A DNA stretch of 64,000 nt from Candidatus Fervidifonticultor sextus (GTDB lineage Bacteria; Sysuimicrobiota; Sysuimicrobiia; Sysuimicrobiales; Humicultoraceae): NCBI GenBank assembly GCA_031459875.1, contig JAVKHQ010000010.1, positions 12,352-76,351 on the forward strand, in the 5' to 3' direction. The translations under genes and the position numbers were made by a program. Below are positions 48,015 to 56,637 of this stretch, one piece after another. Every line of letters starts with the position of its first letter. The stretch's first letter is position 1. The notes below the pieces were generated by a model. The model worked only from the letters and a program-made list of their open reading frames with translations, had not been told where the DNA came from and did not search any database.

Positions 48015-48091
48015 AGCAGCGGCTGGTGCACCCCTTGGGTCGGAATGCAGCCGGCATCACCCCTCGTGGGGGGACGCCCAATACGGATTAC

Positions 48092-48120
48092 AGCATAGTC
48101 CTGCCGCTACTGGCCCGCAA
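48092..48120 (-). promoter_or_regulatory. Putative promoter of the glutamate synthase-like genes
   Basis: TTGCGG-N17-TATGCT. Confidence 0.5.
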
Positions 48121-48122
48121 CG

Positions 48123-48893
48123 CTAGAAGTAGTTGGAGGTAATGCCCCCGTCGGCCACCAGCACCGCGCCGTTGGTCCAGCTGGACTCGTCGGAAGCGAG
48201 GTACATCGCCAGGTAGACGATGTCCTCAGGCCGGCCGAAGCGTCCCATCGGGATGCGCGCCAGCCGGATCCGTTTCGCCTCGGGATTGGTCAGCAGCCAT
48301 TCCGTCAGCAGCGGCGTCTCGATGGGCCCGGGGCAGATGGCGTTGGTGCGGATGCCCTTCGGGCCGAACTGCACGGCCAGAGACTTGGTCAGGGCGATCA
48401 CGCCGCCCTTGCTGGCAGTGTAGGCGTCCTGGGGGACGGTGCAGCCGACCAGCGCCACGAAGGACGCGACGTTGATGATGGACCCGCCGCCGGCCCGCAG
48501 CAGGGCCGGGATGCCGTGCTTGCAGACCAGGTAGATGCCCTTGAGGTTGACGTTGATGACCCGATCCCACACGGCTTCGTCCAGGTCCACGACCGAGCCG
48601 TCCTCGGCGGGGAAGATGCCCGCGTTGTTGTAGAGCACGTCGATGCGCCCGAAGGCGGCCTCGCCGGCGCGGACGGCCTCGGCCACGTCGGCCTCCCGGG
48701 CGACGTCGGTGCGAGCGAACACCGCCTGCCCGCCGGCGGCGCGCACCTGCGCGACCGTCTCCCGACCTGCCGCCTCGGCGATCTCGCTCACGACGATCCG
48801 CGCGCCTTCGCGCGCGAACATCACCGACGCCATACGCCCCATGCCGCTACCGGCCCCGGTGATCAGCACGACCTTGCCGTCCAGACGTCCCAT
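48123..48893 (-). CDS. Short-chain dehydrogenase/reductase
   Basis: TGAGSGMG, NNAG, YTASK. Confidence 0.94.
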   Translation of the reverse strand: MGRLDGKVVLITGAGSGMGRMASVMFAREGARIVVSEIAEAAGRETVAQVRAAGGQAVFARTDVAREADVAEAVRAGEAAFGRIDVLYNNAGIFPAEDGSVVDLDEAVWDRVINVNLKGIYLVCKHGIPALLRAGGGSIINVASFVALVGCTVPQDAYTASKGGVIALTKSLAVQFGPKGIRTNAICPGPIETPLLTEWLLTNPEAKRIRLARIPMGRFGRPEDIVYLAMYLASDESSWTNGAVLVADGGITSNYF

Positions 48894-48947
48894 CGCCGTC
48901 CCTCCGTCTTGCAGAGTAGCCCGCGTCCCGCTCCGTCGGGTGGGCGG

Positions 48948-49265
48948 TCAGCGCCCCGAGCCCGGGCTGCCGCGCTCTGCCAGCCGTCGCCGGTACTTTG
49001 CCATGGCGCCTTCCAGCGAGGCCTGGAGGTCCACGCCGGAGGCATTCGCCAGACAGATCAGCGCGAAGAGCGCGTCACCCACCTCGCTGGCCCACGCCGC
49101 CGACGGGTGAAACGGGTCACGGCCATAGCGCGTCCCGGTCAGGCCCTCCCGGGCCAGTTCGCCCACCTCCGAAGCGATGTCGAGCAGCCTGACCTGCAGG
49201 GAACGTTCGAGCCTGTGGGCTTCCACGAACCGCGCCACCACCCTCTGGGCCTCCCGCAGTTCCAT
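48948..49265 (-). CDS. MazG-like nucleotide pyrophosphohydrolase
   Basis: SEVGE and SEVGD motifs, single domain. Confidence 0.85.
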   Translation of the reverse strand: MELREAQRVVARFVEAHRLERSLQVRLLDIASEVGELAREGLTGTRYGRDPFHPSAAWASEVGDALFALICLANASGVDLQASLEGAMAKYRRRLAERGSPGSGR

Positions 49266-49290
49266 TCCCCGACCCTCCTTTGGGAAAGGA

Positions 49291-50622
49291 TCAGAACCTC
49301 AGGCCCTCGATCAGGGCGCGCAGCCCGCCGGAGCGGAACAACCGGACGGCGCGGTCCGCCGGCAGCAGGCGGGCCTCCAGACGGCGTCGGATCGGGCGCA
49401 GGAACTCTTCCTCGCCGCGCCCGCGCCGCCGAAGGGCGTCCTCACAGAGGTCCACCAGGCCCGCGAGCAATCCCAGGACCGGCTCGCGCGCCCGGAGGCC
49501 GCGGCGCACCGCGTCCTCGCGGTAGGCCTCCATCGCCGGCCAGACATCGGGCCCCAGCCGGTCGCACACAAACGCCCAGGCCCGCGGCCAGGCCTCCACC
49601 AGCCCCAAGGACAGCGCGGCGGCGGCGAGCCCCTCGTCCGGCGGCTGCTGACAGGCCGGCCGGATTTCAATGGTGGCGTGGTGCGCCCGGGGGCGCGCGC
49701 TGTTCCAGGTGTAGTGCTCGTGCCAGAGGTACGCGTCGAGGTCGGGCCCGTGGGTGGCCAGGTAGGACGTGAACGGTCGCCCGTACGGCGCGAAGCCGGT
49801 GCTGTCGCGGAGCACGTAGCAGGTCTGCCCGCAGATGAAGGTCAGGAACTCCTCCAGGGTGGCATACGGTCGGGGGGTCATGCCGTGCCGGTGGGCGCCG
49901 AGGGCCGCCAGCAGTCCTTCCCGCCCGGAGGCATAGCGGCCGACGCGCCCGGCATATACCGACGAATTCGCGGTGAGGGCAATGATGGGCCCCGAGAGGA
50001 GATTCAGGGTGTTGATGACGTCGACCAGTTCAAATCGGGCGATGTCCACCTGGAGCTGGTCGCTGGCGGTCGTGGTGAAGTGCAGCCATGGCCGTCCGAT
50101 GGCGCGATGCAGGGCGACGTAGCGCGCCTTGGGCGTCATCAGGGTGACGCTGCCCGGCGTCCGCGGCTGAATGCCGTAGCCCAGCACGACCATGCCCCGC
50201 GCGGCCGCCGCCCGCACCAGACGTCCGACCGCCGTCGCCGACAGCGCGTCAAGCTGATGGAGATCCTCCACCGGCGGCAGCACGACCTCCACGGTGGCCC
50301 GTCCCATCTCGATCTCGTAGCCAACCTGTCCGAGGTCCACGCGCACCGTCAGGCGCCGGCCGGTCGGATCGTCGTAGGCGATCCGCCCCCCACCCTCGCC
50401 CAGCAGGGGTTCCCACAGCAGGGCGGCGTCCCCGGCCCGGCCGTCGGGCCAGACGAGGGGGAACTCGGCCTCCCGCCCAATCCGCCGCAGAGCACCCAGC
50501 GTCGGCGGAAAGCGGCGGCCGAACGACTCGGCCAGGGCCTCGATGGCCGCCCGGAGCCGGCGGCGCGAGGAGCGCAGGCGCGTGGCGGGCGCGGCCTCAG
50601 AACGAGGGATACTTCGACGCAT
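49291..50622 (-). CDS. Glutamate-cysteine ligase family 2 (GCS2) carboxylate-amine ligase
   Basis: IGREAEF, EIEMG..TVE, ALTANS, ARPR, TIEIRPAC. Confidence 0.82.
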   Translation of the reverse strand: MRRSIPRSEAAPATRLRSSRRRLRAAIEALAESFGRRFPPTLGALRRIGREAEFPLVWPDGRAGDAALLWEPLLGEGGGRIAYDDPTGRRLTVRVDLGQVGYEIEMGRATVEVVLPPVEDLHQLDALSATAVGRLVRAAAARGMVVLGYGIQPRTPGSVTLMTPKARYVALHRAIGRPWLHFTTTASDQLQVDIARFELVDVINTLNLLSGPIIALTANSSVYAGRVGRYASGREGLLAALGAHRHGMTPRPYATLEEFLTFICGQTCYVLRDSTGFAPYGRPFTSYLATHGPDLDAYLWHEHYTWNSARPRAHHATIEIRPACQQPPDEGLAAAALSLGLVEAWPRAWAFVCDRLGPDVWPAMEAYREDAVRRGLRAREPVLGLLAGLVDLCEDALRRRGRGEEEFLRPIRRRLEARLLPADRAVRLFRSGGLRALIEGLRF

Positions 50623-51256
50623 CCGGACAGAGGTAGTAGACGCGGTGGTCGAGCAACCGATCGTCGGCATCCAGGTGGAACTGGTTGAGTTCCAGGTTGA
50701 GGACGTCGTACCGCAGCGCGGCGTAGGGGTCCAGGCCCCGCAGTTCGCCGTGGAGTTGCTGCAGGAAGTTCTGGTGGGACGACACCAAAATCCGCTTACC
50801 CCGATGGGCGGTCAGCGTCTTCTCCAGGAACGCCCGGGCCCGCGCCCGCAGCGCCTCGAACGACTCGCCGCCGGGGGGGTTGAGGGAGTACCGGACGTGC
50901 TCGATCGGCAGGTAGACCACCTGGGGGAAGCGGACGCGGATCTCGTCCTGCGTCAGCCCTTCCATCTCGCCGAACGACCGTTCGATGGCCAAATCGTCAA
51001 TGATGATGCGCTCGCGCGGCCACCCCGTCACGATCTCCGCCGTCTCGATGGCGCGCCGCAGGCTGGACGCGATCACCACATCCAGCCGGGTGCCGTTGAA
51101 GCTGGCCCGGGCCTCCTCGGCCTGTGCGCGGCCTACGTCAATGAGGGGCGCGTCGATTCGCCCCCCGGTCCGCTTCGACCGGTTGAGTTCGGTCAGGCCA
51201 TGGCGGAGCGTGTAGAGCAGCGTCTGGCCGGGAGCGAGGTCCGGCTGTTCGACCAT
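50597..51256 (-). CDS. Histidine phosphatase (phosphoglycerate mutase-like)
   Basis: LRHG, SSLRRAIET, ERSFGEMEG, PGGES, SSH. Confidence 0.9.
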   Translation of the reverse strand: MVEQPDLAPGQTLLYTLRHGLTELNRSKRTGGRIDAPLIDVGRAQAEEARASFNGTRLDVVIASSLRRAIETAEIVTGWPRERIIIDDLAIERSFGEMEGLTQDEIRVRFPQVVYLPIEHVRYSLNPPGGESFEALRARARAFLEKTLTAHRGKRILVSSHQNFLQQLHGELRGLDPYAALRYDVLNLELNQFHLDADDRLLDHRVYYLCPDASKYPSF

Positions 51257-51496
51257 TGCCGCGTCTCCTCCGGGGCTCACGCACACATCGGGCAGCGCTG
51301 TTGCTTCCCGTCGTCTGGAACATCTTCCTGCTACGGTCCCTCCGTGGCGGGGCCGCGCCGGGGGGGTGGCCAAGACCCGCCCCCACACGGCCCGGGGCGG
51401 GGCCCCGGGCCGGGGACAAGGGTTTTGCGGACCGTCAGGGAATACTAGGAGCAATAGTCTGCGCTCGCCATCGACCCAGAGGGGGAGGGGAAGCGT

Positions 51497-52549
51497 ATGA
51501 GGCAGGGGACAGTCAAGGGTATGCTCAGGCGAATGGCGCTCTGGGTGGCTGTGCTCGCTCTCGCTGCGGGCCTGGCCAGCCAGGCGGCCGCCCAGGCCCC
51601 GGTGAGGCTGACGGTCTACACCGCGCTCGAGAACGACCAGCTGGGACCCTATAAAGCCGCGTTTGAGGCCGACAACCCCGGCATCGTGATTGACTGGGTA
51701 CGGGACTCGACCGGCGTGGTCACGGCCCGCCTGCTGGCCGAGCGGGCCAACCCACGGGCGGACGTGATCTGGGGGCTGGCGGCGACCAGCATGATCATCT
51801 TCGAGGAAAACAATATGCTGGAGCCCTACACGCCCAGGGGCGCCGAAGCGCTCAAGCCCCAGTTCCGCAGCCCCCGCACCCCGATGACCTGGACCGGCAT
51901 GGACGCCTGGCTGTCCGTGATCTGCTTCAACACCCGGGAGGCGGTCAGGCGCAACATCCGGCAGCCCAAGTCCTGGAAGGACCTGCTCAACCCCATCTAC
52001 AAAGACCAGATCTCCATGCCGAATCCGAACTCCTCAGGGACGGGGTTTCTGACCGTCGCCGCCTGGCTCCAGCTCTTCGGGGAGGATGAGGCCTGGAAGT
52101 TCATGGACCAGCTGAACAACAACGTGGCCTTCTACACCCACTCCGGCTCGGCGCCGTGCGTGCGGGCCGCCCGGGGCGAGCATGCGCTGGGCATCGGGTT
52201 CGACATGCGGGGCGCCCGGCTGAAGCAGGAAGGCGCGCCGATCGACGTCATCCTCCCGCGAGAAGGCGCGGGCTGGGACATGGAGGCCACGGCTATCCAC
52301 CGCGGGACCAGGAACCTGGCGGCCGCGCGCCGGCTCGCCGACTGGTCGGTCAGCCGCAAGGCGAACGAGATGTACAACGAGTGGTATGCCATCGTGGCCC
52401 TGCCGGGCGTGGCCAACATCCCGCCATTCTACCCGCCCGACGGCGAAGCCAAGATGATCAAGAACGACTTCGGCTGGATGGCGAAGAACCGAGACCGCAT
52501 CCTCCGGGAGTGGGGACGACGGTTCGAGAGCGGCAAACGGACCATCTAG
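51497..52549 (+). CDS. phnS: Putative 2-aminoethylphosphonate ABC substrate-binding protein
   Basis: VYTALE, WVRDSTG, MPNPNSSGTG, YTHSGSAPC; in an operon with phnW. Confidence 0.85.
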   Translation: MRQGTVKGMLRRMALWVAVLALAAGLASQAAAQAPVRLTVYTALENDQLGPYKAAFEADNPGIVIDWVRDSTGVVTARLLAERANPRADVIWGLAATSMIIFEENNMLEPYTPRGAEALKPQFRSPRTPMTWTGMDAWLSVICFNTREAVRRNIRQPKSWKDLLNPIYKDQISMPNPNSSGTGFLTVAAWLQLFGEDEAWKFMDQLNNNVAFYTHSGSAPCVRAARGEHALGIGFDMRGARLKQEGAPIDVILPREGAGWDMEATAIHRGTRNLAAARRLADWSVSRKANEMYNEWYAIVALPGVANIPPFYPPDGEAKMIKNDFGWMAKNRDRILREWGRRFESGKRTI

Positions 52550-52619
52550 GCGCGTGGAGCACTGAGAGGAGACCGCCAGCCCCCGCCCCGGTTCAGCCTC
52601 GGCGGGGGCTGGCGTGGCC

Positions 52620-53744
52620 ATGAGCGTGCCCCACCTCCACGCCGGCGCGAAGGACCAGGCGGGCCAGACGGCGGGTCCCGACCTCCAGGTCGAGGGCATC
52701 TGGAAGCGGTTTGGCGCCTTCACGGCGCTGATGGACGTGTCGTTCGAGATCTTCCACGGCGAGTTCGTCTGCCTGCTGGGCCCCTCGGGGTGCGGGAAGA
52801 CCACGCTGCTCCGGATCATCATGGGGCTGGAGGTCCAGACCCAGGGCCGCATCTGGCACCGGGGCCGGGACATCTCGGTCCTGCCGCCGGCCCATCGCCA
52901 CTTCGGGATCGTCTTCCAATCGTACGCGCTCTTCCCGAACCTCACCGTCTTCGACAACATCGCCTACGGACTCCACAGCCGCAGGATGGGGCGCGACCAG
53001 ATCAGCGCCCGCGTGAACGAACTTTTGGCGCTCATCGGCATGCCCGACGCGGCCAGGAAATACCCGGCCCAGCTCTCCGGCGGCCAGCAACAGCGGGTGG
53101 CCCTGGCCAGGGCGCTGGCGCCCTCGCCGGGTGTGCTCCTGCTGGACGAACCGCTCTCGGCCCTGGACGCCCGACTCCGCATCCGCCTCCGGCACGAGAT
53201 CCGCGCGCTCCAGCGGCGGCTGGGCATCACCACCATCCTGGTCACCCACGATCAGGAGGAAGCCCTCACGATGGCCGACCGGATTGTCGTCATGAACCAC
53301 GGGGTCATCGAGCAGATCGGCACGCCCTTCGAGATCTACCGGAATCCCGCCACCCCCTTCGTCGCGGACTTCGTGGGCGAGATGAACTTCCTCGACGGCG
53401 CGCTGGTGGACTCCGACCTGGTCCGCGTGGGGGACACGGAACTGCGGGCCGGCGCCGCCGACGGGATCTCGATCGGTTCCCATGTCCAGGTCTGCTTCCG
53501 GCCCGAAGACGTAGACGTGCGCAACGCCGGCGCCTCGGCCACAAACGCCATGCCGGTGGAGATCGTCGCCCTGGACTTCCTGGGATCGTTCTACCGCGCG
53601 ACGCTGCGGCCGACGGCGGCCGGGACCGCCGAGGTCAGGGCCGACATCCCCATCCACCTCCAGCGCGAGTACGACCTGGCCCCGGGAAAGATCATCACGG
53701 TGTCGTTGCCCGCCGACCGCATCCGCGTGTTTCCCAGAGGCTGA
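52620..53744 (+). CDS. phnT: Putative 2-aminoethylphosphonate ABC ATP-binding protein
   Basis: GPSGCGKT, VFQSYALFPNL, LSGGQQQR, TOBE-like tail. Confidence 0.88.
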   Translation: MSVPHLHAGAKDQAGQTAGPDLQVEGIWKRFGAFTALMDVSFEIFHGEFVCLLGPSGCGKTTLLRIIMGLEVQTQGRIWHRGRDISVLPPAHRHFGIVFQSYALFPNLTVFDNIAYGLHSRRMGRDQISARVNELLALIGMPDAARKYPAQLSGGQQQRVALARALAPSPGVLLLDEPLSALDARLRIRLRHEIRALQRRLGITTILVTHDQEEALTMADRIVVMNHGVIEQIGTPFEIYRNPATPFVADFVGEMNFLDGALVDSDLVRVGDTELRAGAADGISIGSHVQVCFRPEDVDVRNAGASATNAMPVEIVALDFLGSFYRATLRPTAAGTAEVRADIPIHLQREYDLAPGKIITVSLPADRIRVFPRG

Positions 53745-53749
53745 GCGAG

Positions 53750-55444
53750 ATGGCGACGGCGGTCGCGGGGGCCCGGGTCCGCCAGCAACTCGCGGGTGAC
53801 GAGTGGCTGGCGCGCGGAGGCCTGGCGGGCCTGGCCCTGTGGCTGGCGATCACCGTGGCCCTGCCGTTGTGGGCGCTCCTGTCCCGGAGCGTGCTGAGCC
53901 GCCAGGGACAGTTCGTCGGACTGGCCAACTACGCCGACTACTTCTCCAATCCCGCGCTCTTCTCGTCGTTCTGGAACAGCCTCACCATCGCGGTCGTGAC
54001 CACGGCTCTGGTCCTGCCGACCGCGTTCGTCTACGCCTATGCGCTGACCCGCACCTGCATGAAGGCGAAAGGCCTGTTCGGCGCCGTCGCCCTCATCCCC
54101 ATCCTGGCCCCGTCGCTGCTCCAGGCACTGGCGCTGGTCTACCTGTTTGGCAACCAGGGACTGCTCAGGGACTGGCTGCTGGGACACTCCATCTACGGCC
54201 CCATCGGGATCATCTTCGCCGAGGCCGTGTACTGTTTCCCGCATGCGTTGATGATCCTGGTGACCGCGCTCAGGATGTCCGACGCGCGGCTGTACGAGTC
54301 CGCCGCTGCCCTGGGGGCCTCACCGTGGCGGGTCTTCTTCACGGTCACCCTGCCGGGGGTCAAGTACGGTGTCATCAGCGCTGGCTTCGTCGTCTTCACC
54401 CTCACCATCACCGACTTCGGGATTCCCAAGGTGATCGGCGGCCAGTTCAACGTCCTGGCGACCGATGTCTACAAGCAGGTCTTCGGCCGGCAGGACTTCG
54501 AGATGGGGGCCGTGGTGAGCGTGGTCCTGCTGGTGCCGGCCGTGCTGTCGTTTTTGGCCGAGCGATATGTCCGGCAGCGGCAGATGGCCCAGCTCACGGC
54601 GCAGGCCGTGCCATTCTCGCCCACCCCCAGGCCGCTCACCGATCGGTCCCTGTTCGTGATCTGCACCCTCATCGCCATCCCCATCGTGGGACTCCTGGCC
54701 ACGGCCGCCTGGGGATCGTTCATCCGATTCTGGCCCTACAACCTGGCGATAAGCCTGCGAAACTACGAGTTCTCGCGCTTTGAGACCGAGGGCTGGCTGC
54801 CGTATTTCAACTCCCTGCGGATGGCGGGCCTGACCGCCCTGTTCGGCACGGCTATCATCTTCACCGGCGCCTACTTCCAGGAAAAGACTCGCGCGGGCCC
54901 GGCCATCCGGTCGGTCGTCCAGTTGTTCGCCATGCTGCCCCTGGCCGTGCCCGGACTGGTGCTGGGAATCAGCTACATCCTCTTCTTCAACCATCCGGCC
55001 AACCCGCTGGGCTTCCTCTACGGCACGCTGGCGATCATGGTGATCAACACCATCGCGCACTTCTACACCGTGAGCCACCTGACGGCCACCACCGCCCTCA
55101 AGCAACTGGACAGCGAATTCGAGGCGGTCTCGGCGTCGCTGCGGGCGCCCTTCTACCGAACCTTCTGGAAAGTGACGGTGCCCGTGTCCCTGCCGGCCAT
55201 CCTGGACATCGCGGTGTACATGTTCGTCAACGCCATGACCACCGTCTCGGCGGTGATCTTCCTGTGGGTCCCCCACACCCGGCTGGCCTCCATCGCGGTG
55301 GTGTACATGGACGACACCGGCCAGCAGGGAGCCGCCGCGGCCATGGCCATGATGATCGTCTACACCTCGGCGGTGATGAAACTGCTCCACGTCCTGCTGT
55401 CGCGGTACCTGGACCGGCGGACACAGGCCTGGCGGAAGCGGTAG
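53750..55444 (+). CDS. phnU: Putative 2-aminoethylphosphonate ABC permease (fused double domain)
   Basis: LFGNQG, TDFGIPKVIGG, FVNAMTTVSAV; two EAA loops. Confidence 0.88.
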   Translation: MATAVAGARVRQQLAGDEWLARGGLAGLALWLAITVALPLWALLSRSVLSRQGQFVGLANYADYFSNPALFSSFWNSLTIAVVTTALVLPTAFVYAYALTRTCMKAKGLFGAVALIPILAPSLLQALALVYLFGNQGLLRDWLLGHSIYGPIGIIFAEAVYCFPHALMILVTALRMSDARLYESAAALGASPWRVFFTVTLPGVKYGVISAGFVVFTLTITDFGIPKVIGGQFNVLATDVYKQVFGRQDFEMGAVVSVVLLVPAVLSFLAERYVRQRQMAQLTAQAVPFSPTPRPLTDRSLFVICTLIAIPIVGLLATAAWGSFIRFWPYNLAISLRNYEFSRFETEGWLPYFNSLRMAGLTALFGTAIIFTGAYFQEKTRAGPAIRSVVQLFAMLPLAVPGLVLGISYILFFNHPANPLGFLYGTLAIMVINTIAHFYTVSHLTATTALKQLDSEFEAVSASLRAPFYRTFWKVTVPVSLPAILDIAVYMFVNAMTTVSAVIFLWVPHTRLASIAVVYMDDTGQQGAAAAMAMMIVYTSAVMKLLHVLLSRYLDRRTQAWRKR

Positions 55445-55472
55445 CCGCCGCGTCCGCTACTTCCCGGGAGGC

Positions 55473-56609
55473 ATGCCGATGACCCAGCCCGACAACGCCC
55501 CGCTGCTGCTGACGCCCGGGCCGCTGACCACGTCGCGGACGGTGAAGGAGGCGATGCTGCGCGACTGGGGGTCGCGCGACGACGCGTTCACCGCCATCAA
55601 CGCCCGCGTGCGCGCGCGCCTGGTGGAGATCGCCGGCGGCGAGGGGACGCATGTGGCGGTCCTGCTGCAGGGATCGGGCACCTTTGCCGTGGAGGCCACC
55701 CTCGGCACCTTCGTGCCCCGGACCGGCAAAGTCCTGATCCTGATCAACGGCGCCTACGGCCACCGCATGGCCCAGATCTGCCGGGTGATCGGTCGGGCGT
55801 ACTCGACGCTGGAGACCCCCGAGGATGCGCCGCCTGACCCACAGGCCGTCGCCGCGGCGCTCGCCACCGACCCGGCGATCACCCACGTGGCCGTGGTGTA
55901 CTGCGAGACGACCTCCGGCATCCAGAACCCCCTGGCCGAGATCGCCGCCGTCACCGCCGCCGCTGGCCGGAGGCTGCTCGTCGACGCCATGAGCGCCTTC
56001 GGCGCGCTGCCGTGCGATGCCCGCAAGATCCCCTACGACGCGCTGGCCTCGTCGTTCAACAAATGCCTGGAAGGCGTGCCGGGCGCCGCGTTCGTCATCT
56101 GCCGGCGGTCGGCCCTCGAAGATGCGGCCGGCAACGCCCATTCGGTCTCGCTGGACCTGCACGACCAGTGGGCGTCCATGGAACGGACGGGCCAGTGGCG
56201 GTTCACCCCTCCGACCCACGTTCTCGCCGCCTTCGACCGGGCGCTGGCCGAGCATGCCGCCGAGGGCGGGGTGGAGGGGCGGGGGGCCAGGTACCGCCGG
56301 AACTGGCGGGTCCTGGTGGACGGGATGCGCGCGATGGGCTTCACCACCCTGCTCCCCGACCGCCTGCAGGCGCCGATCATCGTGACGTTCCTCGCGCCGG
56401 CCGATCCGCGCTTCGAGTTCAAGGCGTTCTACCATGGGCTCGCGCGGCGCGGCTACCTGATCTACCCCGGCAGACTCACGAAGGCCGACTCCTTCCGCAT
56501 CGGCTGCATCGGCCGGATCACTGAGGCCGACATGCGGGGGGCCCTGACGGCGATCCGTGAGGTCCTGGACGAGATGGGCGTGCGGGTGCCGGTGGCGGCG
56601 GAACGGTGA
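55473..56609 (+). CDS. phnW: 2-aminoethylphosphonate-pyruvate transaminase
   Basis: LLTPGPLTTS, DWGSRD, QGSGTFAVE, CETTSG, DAMSAFG, NKCLEGVPG, QWRFTPPTH, IYPG. Confidence 0.93.
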   Translation: MPMTQPDNAPLLLTPGPLTTSRTVKEAMLRDWGSRDDAFTAINARVRARLVEIAGGEGTHVAVLLQGSGTFAVEATLGTFVPRTGKVLILINGAYGHRMAQICRVIGRAYSTLETPEDAPPDPQAVAAALATDPAITHVAVVYCETTSGIQNPLAEIAAVTAAAGRRLLVDAMSAFGALPCDARKIPYDALASSFNKCLEGVPGAAFVICRRSALEDAAGNAHSVSLDLHDQWASMERTGQWRFTPPTHVLAAFDRALAEHAAEGGVEGRGARYRRNWRVLVDGMRAMGFTTLLPDRLQAPIIVTFLAPADPRFEFKAFYHGLARRGYLIYPGRLTKADSFRIGCIGRITEADMRGALTAIREVLDEMGVRVPVAAER

Positions 56610-56637
56610 GCAGGAGTTCGAGGCGGGGCGGCGCGCG

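Noticed and set aside
51351-51417. Two GC hairpins in the divergent phosphatase/phnS intergenic region as a riboswitch
   Set aside because: They lie between the two predicted divergent promoters, so are probably untranscribed, and match no aptamer I recognise
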